64,000 bases of DNA, from contig DATLUZ010000222.1 in the NCBI GenBank assembly GCA_035577785.1, positions 139-64,138 on the forward strand, given 5' to 3'. The DNA comes from Burkholderiales bacterium. GTDB taxonomy: Bacteria > Pseudomonadota > Gammaproteobacteria > Burkholderiales > SG8-39. Below, in pieces: positions 49,745-57,980 of the stretch. Made by a program: the position numbers and the translations under genes. Position 1 is the first letter of the stretch; each line of letters starts with the position of its first letter. Under the pieces are notes generated by a model. The model made no database searches. It was given only the letters and a program-made list of their open reading frames with translations, and had not been told where the DNA came from.

Positions 49745-50692
49745 TCAGTCGGCCTTGGCGCCCGATTCCTTGACCGCCTTGCTCCACTTCTCGATCTCGT
49801 TGCGCAGGAACTCGGCGAACTCGCCGGAGGTATTGGTCTTCCACGCGAGGCCGAGCTGTGCCAGGCGCTCGGTCACATCGGGCGCGAGGAGCGCGCGGCT
49901 GATCTCGGAGTTGAGGCGGTTCACGAGGTCCTGCGGCATGCCCGCCGGAACGAAGAAACCGGTCCAGGTAAGGTCGTCGAACCCGGAGAGGCCCTGCTCG
50001 TTCAGCGTCGGCACTTCGGGCAGCGCCGGCGAGCGCTGCGCGCTCGTGACCGCGATGGCGCGCACCTTGCCGCCTTTCACCTGCGGCACCGCCGGCGGCA
50101 TCGAGGTGCAGGAGATCTGCGTGTGCCCCGCGACGGCCGCGCCCACGGCCTGCGCGGGCTGAAAGGGAACGTGCGTGATGTCGATCTTCGCCTGCTGCTT
50201 GATGCGCTCCATGGAAAGGTGCGTGGTGGTGCCGATTCCCGAAGACGCGTACGAGAGCTGCTCTTTGCGCGCGAGCTCGATCAGCTCCTTGAGGCTCGTG
50301 GCCGGCACCGAAGGGTTCACCGTGATGATGTTGGGCGTGCTCGGCCCGAGGATCACCGGCACGAAGTCCTGCACCGGGTCGTAGCCGGCGTTGGGGTACA
50401 GCGTGGGATTGACGGCGTAGGCGACGCTCGTGACGAAGATCGTGTAGCCGTCTGGCGCCGCGCGCTTCACGTGCTGCGCGGCGACGTTGCCCGCGGCGCC
50501 CGGACGGTTGTCGACGAGGACCGACTGGCCGAGCGCATCGGCGAGCTTCGGCGCCACGAGGCGCGCGACGAGATCCGTGGTGCTCGCCGGCGCGAATCCG
50601 ACCACGATGTGAATCGGCCTCTGCTTCGGCCAATCCTGCGCGGCCGCGCCGGACGAGAGCGCGGCGGCGAACAGCAACGCGATGAACCGCAT
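49745..50692 (-). CDS. Bug family (TctC-like) substrate-binding protein
   Basis: MRFIALLFAAALSSGAAAQDWPKQRPIHIVVGFAPASTTDLVAR... is the Bug signature. Confidence 0.9.
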   Translation of the reverse strand: MRFIALLFAAALSSGAAAQDWPKQRPIHIVVGFAPASTTDLVARLVAPKLADALGQSVLVDNRPGAAGNVAAQHVKRAAPDGYTIFVTSVAYAVNPTLYPNAGYDPVQDFVPVILGPSTPNIITVNPSVPATSLKELIELARKEQLSYASSGIGTTTHLSMERIKQQAKIDITHVPFQPAQAVGAAVAGHTQISCTSMPPAVPQVKGGKVRAIAVTSAQRSPALPEVPTLNEQGLSGFDDLTWTGFFVPAGMPQDLVNRLNSEISRALLAPDVTERLAQLGLAWKTNTSGEFAEFLRNEIEKWSKAVKESGAKAD

Positions 50693-50711
50693 GACGGACT
50701 CCTCGGGCCGG

Positions 50712-51635
50712 ATGCTACCATCGAGCGTGAAGATTCTTTTCACCTCCCAGACCGAGAAGGCCGAGGTCTGGCTGCCGCTCCTGCGGCACGCGCTGCCGCA
50801 GGACGAGCTGGTCGCGGCGCCCGACAAGTCGGTGGAGATCGCGCTCGTCGCGACGCCGCCCGCCGGGACGTTCCAGAAGCTCGGCCGGCCGCGCCTGATC
50901 CAGTCGCTGTGGATGGGCGTGGAAAAGCTGCTCGCTGACCCGATGTATCCGCGCGGCGTGCCGCTCGCCCGCCTGGTCGATCCCGGCATGGTGGCGGCGA
51001 TGTCGGAGACCGTGATCGCCCACGTGCTCGACTGGCATCGCCACCTCTACCGCTATCGGCTGCAGCAGCGTGCAAAACGATGGCACCGGATGGAGCAGCG
51101 CATGGCCTGCGACCGCACCGTGGGCCTGCTCGGCCTCGGCGAGCTCGGCAGCGACGCGGCGCGCAAGCTCCTCGCTCTCGGCTTCAACGTCGCGGGCTGG
51201 AGCCGGCGGCCGAAGCACCTGCCGGGGGTGAGGTCCTTCACCGACCTGACCGCCATGCTTCGCATTACCGACGCGCTGATTTGCCTGCTCCCGCTCACGC
51301 GCGAGACCACGGGGATCCTCAACGCGCGCACCTTCGCCCTGATGCGGCGCGACGGCTGCGTCGTCAACGTGGCGCGCGGCGGCCATCTCGTCGCGCACGA
51401 CCTGATCGGCGCGCTCGACAACGGCTGGCTCGCGCATGCCTACCTCGACGTGTTCGAGCCCGAGCCGCTGCCCGAGCGCGACCCGCTCTGGAACCATCCC
51501 GGCATCACGATTACGCCGCACTCCGCGGCGCTCACCGAGCCGCGCACGGCGATTCCGAGGATCGTCGAGAACATCGAGCGCGTGCGGCGTGGCGAGACGC
51601 CGGTGAACCTGGTGGATTTTCAGGCGGGCTACTAA
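50712..51635 (+). CDS. D-2-hydroxyacid dehydrogenase family protein (glyoxylate/hydroxypyruvate reductase A-like)
   Basis: NAD motif VGLLGLGELGSDAARKL, plus the catalytic region NVARGGHLV and DVFEPEPLP...TPHSAA. The start is uncertain (50682, 50712 or 50727). Confidence 0.8.
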   Translation: MLPSSVKILFTSQTEKAEVWLPLLRHALPQDELVAAPDKSVEIALVATPPAGTFQKLGRPRLIQSLWMGVEKLLADPMYPRGVPLARLVDPGMVAAMSETVIAHVLDWHRHLYRYRLQQRAKRWHRMEQRMACDRTVGLLGLGELGSDAARKLLALGFNVAGWSRRPKHLPGVRSFTDLTAMLRITDALICLLPLTRETTGILNARTFALMRRDGCVVNVARGGHLVAHDLIGALDNGWLAHAYLDVFEPEPLPERDPLWNHPGITITPHSAALTEPRTAIPRIVENIERVRRGETPVNLVDFQAGY

Positions 51636-51679
51636 AAAATCGGAAGCTCCCCCAGGCACGCCCAGTGCTACATCCAGAC

Positions 51680-52030
51680 ATGAGGGTCGCGAGCCTGCGC
51701 TGCCGCTTCACGGCCGAGCGTGTCCGGGAAATCCCGGACGTGCAGGGCGTTTTCACCCTCTGGGACGGCAAGGAATGCGTCTACGTGTCGCACACGCCCT
51801 GGAACCGCTCGCTGCAGCAATGCCTCATGGAACATCTCGCGCTCAACGACGCGGGCGCGATCCACGTCTCGCACTTCGCCTGGGAAACCACTTCGACGCC
51901 GAAGGGGCGCGAGGACGAGCTGCTGCGCCAGAAAACCGAAAGGCAGGGCCGGCTGCCGCGCTACAACCTTCCGGGCAGCCCGCTCGAGCCGACCCGCAGC
52001 TCGATCACCGATCTGCGCGCGCCCGGCTAA
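51680..52030 (+). CDS. small hypothetical protein, weakly GIY-YIG-like
   Basis: A 116-aa ORF of balanced composition. The segment GVFTLWDGKECVYVSHTPWNRSLQQCLMEHL loosely resembles a GIY-YIG core. The family call is weak. Confidence 0.45.
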   Translation: MRVASLRCRFTAERVREIPDVQGVFTLWDGKECVYVSHTPWNRSLQQCLMEHLALNDAGAIHVSHFAWETTSTPKGREDELLRQKTERQGRLPRYNLPGSPLEPTRSSITDLRAPG

Positions 52031-52674
52031 TAGTCGAGCCGCGGATACCAGTCGCTGCCGCGGCCGCGGGGCGTGAGGTCGAGCACGTTCCAGAGCGGCC
52101 ACAACAGGTCGACGTGGCGGGCATTCTGGCCGGGGTCCTCCGGCGCATCGAGGAGCTCCGAGCCCCAGGTGTGCCGGACGCGGTCGGTCCTGCGGAACAC
52201 GTTCATCATCGGCCACTGCCGGCCCTCGGCGTCTTCGCCGTGGTAGTCGCGGTTGTACGAATTGCCCGCCGACGAGAGGAAGCGCAGGCTCTTCCAGCCG
52301 CGGCCGCGGGCGAAGGCGAGGATGCGCTCGAGCGGCGAGCTGGCGATGACCACGAGATCGGCGCGCTGCGCGATGTGCACGGCGTTGCCTTGCAGCCCGT
52401 CGATGATCGAGGTGCACATCGGGCAGGGCTGGTCCATCTTGGGCCCGTACATGAAGCTGTAGGCGACGAGCGTGTCGCCCTTCGCGAAGAGCTGGGACAG
52501 CCTGACCTTGCCTTCGACGCCGTCGAAGACGTAGTCCTCGGGCACCTCGCCGCCCGGCGGCAGCTCGCGGCGCTGCGCCGCCACGCTTTCGATCTTGCGC
52601 CTGAGGTCGAGCTCGCTCTGCAGAAGCCGGTCGCGCGCCGCGCGATAGTCGGAAGTTTCGTTGGGGAAGTTCAT
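52027..52674 (-). CDS. DUF899-family thioredoxin-like protein
   Basis: A GGAGG RBS precedes the ATG at 52674. The pattern SDYRAARDRLLQSELDLRR...YSFMYGPKMDQPCPMCTSIIDG is typical of DUF899. Confidence 0.75.
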   Translation of the reverse strand: MNFPNETSDYRAARDRLLQSELDLRRKIESVAAQRRELPPGGEVPEDYVFDGVEGKVRLSQLFAKGDTLVAYSFMYGPKMDQPCPMCTSIIDGLQGNAVHIAQRADLVVIASSPLERILAFARGRGWKSLRFLSSAGNSYNRDYHGEDAEGRQWPMMNVFRRTDRVRHTWGSELLDAPEDPGQNARHVDLLWPLWNVLDLTPRGRGSDWYPRLDY

Positions 52675-52705
52675 CAGGCCTCCAGTCGCGGCGTAGGATA
52701 GGCGC

Positions 52706-53773
52706 ATGAAGCCGCCCTTTTACGCCGACCACGTCGGCAGTCTACTGCGCCCCCCCGAGCTCGTGGCCGCTCGCAAAGCAAAGAGCGCCAACCTCCGGGA
52801 GGTCGAGGACCGCGCGATCCGCGCCGCGGTCGCGAAACAGGAGGCCGTCGGCCTGCAGTCCGTGACCGACGGCGAGTTCCGGCGCGACTACTGGCATCTC
52901 GACTTCATGCGCGAGCTCGACGGCGTGACGCTCAAGGCCGCGGTCGGCATGACTTTCGCCGCCGAGGACGTGCCGCCGATGGCGACCGTGACCGGAAAGC
53001 TCGCCTGCACCAGGCCGATCATGGTCGAGCACTTCAGGTTCCTGAAAGATTCGACCCGGCAGACGGCCAAGTTCTGCATGCCCTCGCCGGGGTCGCTGCA
53101 CTTCCGCGGCGGGCGCAACGCGATCTCGCGCGAGGTCTATCCCGACCTCGCCGAATTCTGGGTCGACGCCGCCGCGGCGTGGCGCCAGGCGATCCGCCAG
53201 CTCGGCGAGGCCGGATGCACCTACCTCCAGCTGGACGACGTCGGCTTCTCCTACCTTTGCGACGCGAAGGTGCGCGAGAACTTTCGCGCCAACGGCGACG
53301 ATCCGGCCGGACTGCAATTCACCTACGCGCAGGCGATCAACCGCGCGCTGGAGGGGCGGCCGAAAGGCATGAGCGTGACGATGCACACCTGCCGCGGCAA
53401 CTTCCGCAGCACCTGGTTCGCCGCGGGCGGCTACCAGGAAGAAGTGCTCGAGGGCATGTTCTCGGCCAACGTCGACGGCTTCTTCATGGAATACGACAGC
53501 GAGCGCGCCGGCGGCTTCGAGCCGCTGCGCAAGCTGCCGCGCGGCAAGAACGTCGTGCTCGGGCTCGTCACCACCAAATCGGGGATTTTGGAAAAAAAGG
53601 AGGAACTCAAGCGCCGCATTGAGGAAGCCACGAAATACGTCCCGCTCGAGAACCTGCGCCTTTCGCCGCAGTGCGGCTTTTCGAGCACCCACCACGGCAA
53701 CAAGCTGAGCGAGGACGAGCAGTGGCGCAAGCTCGAGCGCGTCGTCGAAGTGGCGCGCGACGTGTGGGGCTAG
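52706..53773 (+). CDS. MetE catalytic-domain-like protein (paralog of 48672-49736)
   Basis: MKPPFYADHVGSLLRP...HTCRGNF...LSPQCGFSS. It is collinear with, and clearly similar to, the other copy. Confidence 0.8.
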   Translation: MKPPFYADHVGSLLRPPELVAARKAKSANLREVEDRAIRAAVAKQEAVGLQSVTDGEFRRDYWHLDFMRELDGVTLKAAVGMTFAAEDVPPMATVTGKLACTRPIMVEHFRFLKDSTRQTAKFCMPSPGSLHFRGGRNAISREVYPDLAEFWVDAAAAWRQAIRQLGEAGCTYLQLDDVGFSYLCDAKVRENFRANGDDPAGLQFTYAQAINRALEGRPKGMSVTMHTCRGNFRSTWFAAGGYQEEVLEGMFSANVDGFFMEYDSERAGGFEPLRKLPRGKNVVLGLVTTKSGILEKKEELKRRIEEATKYVPLENLRLSPQCGFSSTHHGNKLSEDEQWRKLERVVEVARDVWG

Positions 53774-54549
53774 CGCGCGAGCTTCCAGCCCACCGAGTAG
53801 AAGACGGCCAGCAGCCCGAATATGGAGACCGCGGAGACTCCGGCCGCGCGTAGCGCCAGCCGGGCAGGCTCCGCTTCGAACGCGCGCAAAACGATGAAGA
53901 ATGCGCCCGCCGGCAGGACGATCATCGCCGCGACGACGGCATGGCGAAGACGCTCATCGAGCGCGACGAGGGCGGACGCGGGCGGCGTGGCACGCAGCTT
54001 GCGCCAGATCCAGGTGCCGAGGAAGGCCGCGCCAAGCAGCGTGCTCCCGTGTTGCAAGACCTGGTGCAGGTAGATCCCGCGCCCCACCGGCGTGTCGAGG
54101 ATCGGAAAGGATCCGGCATGCGTCAGGGCGTCCCAGGCGAGGTGCGTCGCGATGCCGGCGAAGAGTGAAAGCAGCACCCAGGGCCAGGGCGCCCGGGGCA
54201 ATCCGGTCGGGGTCCAGGCGGCGAGGCGTCCCGCGAGCCAGCGCGGCGCAAGGGCGATCAGCGGCTGCTTGAAGATGAGGTGGAACGCGGCGTAGGCAAG
54301 GAGCCCGGCCAGAGCGCACAACAAGGGCGCGCCGGGCATCTCGTGGGTCTGCTCGCGCTCGAGCAGCGGCACGAAATACCACACGTCGGGAATCATGGCG
54401 CCGATCGCGAGCGCCGAAGGCACGGCCCTCGCACCCAGCAGCTTCGCCACCGGCACCACGGCGGCGGGATGGGCGAACGCGTACGGCAGGCGCGCTACTC
54501 GGGAAGGAAGAACCGCAATCCGTAGCCGGCCGCCGCGCGCGAGCGCCAC
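53770..54549 (-). CDS. DUF4184-family membrane protein (start uncertain)
   Basis: The LPYAFAHPAAVVP motif near the N-terminus and a polytopic profile. The GTG at 54549 would overlap the upstream GNAT gene by 55 nt. Confidence 0.65.
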   Translation of the reverse strand: MALARGGRLRIAVLPSRVARLPYAFAHPAAVVPVAKLLGARAVPSALAIGAMIPDVWYFVPLLEREQTHEMPGAPLLCALAGLLAYAAFHLIFKQPLIALAPRWLAGRLAAWTPTGLPRAPWPWVLLSLFAGIATHLAWDALTHAGSFPILDTPVGRGIYLHQVLQHGSTLLGAAFLGTWIWRKLRATPPASALVALDERLRHAVVAAMIVLPAGAFFIVLRAFEAEPARLALRAAGVSAVSIFGLLAVFYSVGWKLAR

Positions 54550-55094
54550 GCACGCAGGCGCGCGCCGCCCAGATAGCCGGCAAAGCCGGCGTCGGCGAAG
54601 CCCGAGCGCCGCGCGGCCGCGATCGACGGCTCGTTATGCGACTCGACGCACAGCACGGCATGGGTGCGTCCCTGCTTGAGGAACAGCGCGTCGGCGAAGC
54701 GGTACATGGCCGCCGCGATGCCGCGGCCGCGGAACGCCGGCCGCACGTAGCTCTTGTACGTGTACACGACGTGGTCCGGAAACTCGAGCCACGCGCCGTC
54801 CAGCTGCGGCAGCGGGGACAACGCGAACCAGCAATACCCCGCGAACACGCCATGCTGGAACCCGCCGACGCAGACATCGCCGCGCGCAAAGGCCGCCTGC
54901 ACCTTCAATGGCACGAGGTCGAGCGCCGGGTCGGCGCAAAGCGCCAGCGCTTCGCGCTCCTTCAGCAGCCTGCAGACGACGCCTTGCGCCGCAGCATCGG
55001 CCCGCTCACGCAGTCGGCGGCCGAAAATGCGAAATACGCGCAGGCCGGCATGCTTGCCCAGCCGGCTCATCACCCGAACATAGGTCGAAGTCAT
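54495..55094 (-). CDS. GNAT family N-acetyltransferase
   Basis: Motif-A-like segment VRPAFRGRGIAAAM. The ORF is 199 aa. Confidence 0.7.
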   Translation of the reverse strand: MTSTYVRVMSRLGKHAGLRVFRIFGRRLRERADAAAQGVVCRLLKEREALALCADPALDLVPLKVQAAFARGDVCVGGFQHGVFAGYCWFALSPLPQLDGAWLEFPDHVVYTYKSYVRPAFRGRGIAAAMYRFADALFLKQGRTHAVLCVESHNEPSIAAARRSGFADAGFAGYLGGARLRAWRSRAAAGYGLRFFLPE

Positions 55095-55162
55095 GTCGGC
55101 GCATGCTAAGGGCCGCCGGTAACGCGCAAACTTCGCGCGCGTAGTCCGGTTCGCCCACGCCC

Positions 55163-56206
55163 TTAGTGCTCATGGCGGTGGTGCGAATCCGGGTAATGCG
55201 CGTGCGAATGAGTCATCGGTTCGTGCCTGTGGCGATGCGTATGGCGCACGCCCGGCGCGGCCGGCTCGGGATGCTCGTGGCGATGATGCTCGTCGTGCTC
55301 GTGCTCGTGCGAGTGCTCGACGGGCTCGTGCGCATGCAGGTGCGCGTGCCGCTCGGTGAGATGCAGCCAGACGCCCCACGCCATTAGCACCGAAGCCGCG
55401 ACGAGCTCATAGGTTACCGGCTCGCGAAGAAGCGCGAGGCCCAGTAGTGCGCCGGCAAACGGCGCGGTTGAGAAATAGGCCCCGGTGCGCGCCGTGCCCA
55501 GGTCGCGCAGCGCGCGCACGAAGAGCGCCAGGCTGATCCCATAGCCTGCGAATCCGAGTAATCCGGCCATTGCCGCGATGGAGATCGCCGGCACGGGGGC
55601 CCCCAGCGCCAGCGCGAGCGTCGTGTTGGTGGCGCCGGCAGCAAGGCCCTTCACCATGGCGATGAAGCGCGCGTCCGCGAGCGCCACCTTGCGGGTGAGA
55701 TTGTTGTCGAGCGCCCAGGCGAGGCACGCGCCGACCACCGCCAAAGCGGGAGCCGCCGCGCCAAAGCCCGCTTCGCCGGGCCACGAAAGCACCACGGCAC
55801 CGGCGACGATCAGTCCCATCCCGAGCGCGATGCGCCGGTCGAAGTTCTCCCGGAAGATGAACCAGGCGAGGAGCGCCGTGAACACCGCCTCGGCATTGAG
55901 CAGCAGCGCCGCGCCGGACGCGGCCATGCGCGACAGCCCCCACATGAGGAGCACCGGTCCAAGCACGCCGCCGCTCAGGACCGCGCCCGCGAGCCAGCCC
56001 CACTCGCCTCGAGCAAGGCGCGCGCGTTTGCGGCCACTCAACACAAGCAGAAATGCGAGCCCGATGCCGGAGCCGAGGTAAAGGAAGCCCGCGAGAAGCC
56101 ACGGATCGACTTCGCCGAGCAGCAGCTTGGCGAGCGGCGTGCTTGCGCCGAAGAGCAGCGCCGCCCCAAGGGCTGCTGCGACGCCCGGGTTTAATGTCCA
56201 AGCCAC
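55163..56206 (-). CDS. DMT (EamA-like) family transporter with a histidine-rich C-terminal tail
   Basis: A 10-TM-like EamA profile. The tail is HLTERHAHLHAHEPVEHSHEHEHDEHHRHEH...HTHRHRHEPMTHSHAHYPDSHHRHEH. I prefer the GTG at 56206, 8 nt after the arsR stop. The longest ORF starts at 56248. Confidence 0.8.
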   Translation of the reverse strand: MAWTLNPGVAAALGAALLFGASTPLAKLLLGEVDPWLLAGFLYLGSGIGLAFLLVLSGRKRARLARGEWGWLAGAVLSGGVLGPVLLMWGLSRMAASGAALLLNAEAVFTALLAWFIFRENFDRRIALGMGLIVAGAVVLSWPGEAGFGAAAPALAVVGACLAWALDNNLTRKVALADARFIAMVKGLAAGATNTTLALALGAPVPAISIAAMAGLLGFAGYGISLALFVRALRDLGTARTGAYFSTAPFAGALLGLALLREPVTYELVAASVLMAWGVWLHLTERHAHLHAHEPVEHSHEHEHDEHHRHEHPEPAAPGVRHTHRHRHEPMTHSHAHYPDSHHRHEH

Positions 56207-56214
56207 CGCGACGG

Positions 56215-56871
56215 CTAGCCCTCGACTGGAAGGCCGGCCGCACGCCACTCCGGCAGGCCGTTCTGGAGCCGCCGGGCGCGCAAGCCTCTCTTCCTCAGCG
56301 TCTCCACTGCCTCGAAAGACATAAGGCAGTACGGTCCACGGCAGTAGGCGACGACTTCGCGCCGCTTGGGCAATTCCTTGATGCGCTTTTCCAGCTCGTG
56401 GAGCGGGATGTTGATCGCTCCCGGCAGGTGGCCGGCGGCGAACTCCTCGGGCGGGCGCACGTCCAGCACCGTGACAAGGCCCTTGCGCGCGCGCTCGAGA
56501 AGCTCCTTGGCAGGGACCGGCTCGAGCTCGTCCTTTCGCGCGAAGTAGAGACGCACGATCTGCTCCACCTCGGCGACATAGGCTTCGCCGACCCGGCTCA
56601 TGGCCGAGAGCATCTGCACCACCTCGTCGCCGGCGAGCCGATAGAAGACGAAGAGGCCAACCTTCCGACCGACGATCAGCCCCGCCTGGCGCAGCTTCTG
56701 GAGATGTTGCGAGGTGTTGGCCACCGTCGTGCCGGTGAGCGTCGCCAGCTGCTCGACGCTGCGCTCGGCCTGGGCGAGCAGCTCCAGGAACTCGATCCGG
56801 GTGGGGCTGGAGAGCGCCGTGCCCACGCGGGCGAGGTTCGCGAACACGTCGCGCTTCGGATTGGTTGACAT
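56215..56871 (-). CDS. ArsR/SmtB family transcriptional regulator fused to a rhodanese domain
   Basis: The wHTH is SPTRIEFLELLAQAERSVEQLATLTGTTVANTSQHLQKLRQAGL. The C-terminal rhodanese domain has an active-site-like loop, AYCRGPYC. I prefer the ATG at 56871 over the TTG at 56898. Confidence 0.85.
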   Translation of the reverse strand: MSTNPKRDVFANLARVGTALSSPTRIEFLELLAQAERSVEQLATLTGTTVANTSQHLQKLRQAGLIVGRKVGLFVFYRLAGDEVVQMLSAMSRVGEAYVAEVEQIVRLYFARKDELEPVPAKELLERARKGLVTVLDVRPPEEFAAGHLPGAINIPLHELEKRIKELPKRREVVAYCRGPYCLMSFEAVETLRKRGLRARRLQNGLPEWRAAGLPVEG

Positions 56872-56891
56872 CGTCGTTCCGCTCGTTTTAG

Positions 56892-56913
56892 TATTCAATT
56901 GATTACTTGAATA
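56892..56913. promoter_or_regulatory. perfect 7-8-7 inverted repeat TATTCAA-N8-TTGAATA, a candidate ArsR-family operator
   Basis: The perfect dyad lies in the divergent arsR/desaturase intergenic region, 21 nt upstream of the arsR ATG. It is AT-rich against a GC-rich background. Confidence 0.4.
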
Positions 56914-56978
56914 GTAGCGCGGCTTGGGTCCTTAGGTCCAGCGCCGCTACGTCCAGCGCCAGGCACAGGGGGAGCATT

Positions 56979-57806
56979 ATGGTGCAAAGCGAAGCATTCA
57001 TCCGCCTCGCGGCTTTCGTCGCGGTGTTCGGCGCGGTTGCGCTGTGGGAGCTCGTCGCGCCGCGCAGAAGGCCGCGCTGCCGGCGCGGCGCCCGCTGGCC
57101 GCACAACCTCGGCCTGCTTCTCGTCGACGTCGTCGCGGTTCGCTTGCTCGCTCCGGGCGCGGTGATCGGCGTCGCATTGGCGGCGGAGCAGCGCGGCTGG
57201 GGCTTTCTCAACGCAGTATCACTGCCATGGTGGCTGGCCCTGCCGCTCGGCGTCGTGCTGCTCGATCTGGCGGTCTACTTCCAGCACGTCATGTTCCACG
57301 CGGTCCCGACCCTGTGGCGGCTGCACCGCGTGCATCACACCGATCAGGAGTTCGACCTCACCACTGGAGCCCGCTTCCACCCGATCGAGATCCTGCTTTC
57401 CACGGTCATCAAGTGTGCGGCGGTCGCGGCGATCGGCGCTTCCCCCGTCGCCGTCCTCGTCTTCGAGGTGCTGCTCAACGCCACGGCGATGTTCAACCAC
57501 GCGAACGCCTCGCTCCCCCACCGGACGGAGCAGTGGATGCGCTGGCTCGTCGTAACGCCGGACATGCATCGCGTCCACCACTCGGTGCTCCATGACGAGT
57601 CGTCGAGCAACTTCGGGTTCAACGTGCCGTGGTGGGACCGCCTCTTCGGCACGTACCGCGCCCTTCCAAGGCTGGGTCACGACGCCATGGAGATCGGCGT
57701 AGACGCCTTCCGCTCGCCGGAGGACCTGCGGCTGGACCATCTCCTCATCCAGCCGTTCCAGGACACGGCCGGCCAGTACCCGATCAATCGGCGCCGGGCC
57801 GCCTAG
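56979..57806 (+). CDS. sterol desaturase / fatty-acid hydroxylase superfamily membrane protein
   Basis: Three His boxes: HVMFH, HRVHHTD and HRVHHS. The ATG at 56979 follows a GGGGGAG RBS. Confidence 0.85.
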   Translation: MVQSEAFIRLAAFVAVFGAVALWELVAPRRRPRCRRGARWPHNLGLLLVDVVAVRLLAPGAVIGVALAAEQRGWGFLNAVSLPWWLALPLGVVLLDLAVYFQHVMFHAVPTLWRLHRVHHTDQEFDLTTGARFHPIEILLSTVIKCAAVAAIGASPVAVLVFEVLLNATAMFNHANASLPHRTEQWMRWLVVTPDMHRVHHSVLHDESSSNFGFNVPWWDRLFGTYRALPRLGHDAMEIGVDAFRSPEDLRLDHLLIQPFQDTAGQYPINRRRAA

Positions 57807-57980
57807 ACCCTGTTCCATCCGCCCGACTCCTGCGCACGACCATCCGGCATCGGGGCGCGATCCCGACGCCCCCGGACCGCTTAGGATCAATTTGAGATTC
57901 GGAATGGACAGCTGCGCAAGGGCAGGCGGATGCTTCTCGTCCAGCTTTGAAGCCCAGCTGTGGCCCCGTATCCGGTTCGT

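Noticed and set aside
55095-55162. ACGCGC...GCGCGT hairpin downstream of the DMT gene as a possible terminator.
   Set aside because: It has a short 6-bp stem, a long loop and no U-tract on the transcribed strand. The evidence is insufficient.
57807-57980. 174-bp intergenic region after the first desaturase gene. I looked for an sRNA, a terminator or a Crp site. It contains the hairpin TCGGG-GCGCGAT-CCCGA and GATCAATTTGAG.
   Set aside because: The hairpin has only a 5-bp stem and no T-tract. The TTGA/ATCAA fragments do not form an FNR/CRP dyad. There is no conserved-structure evidence.
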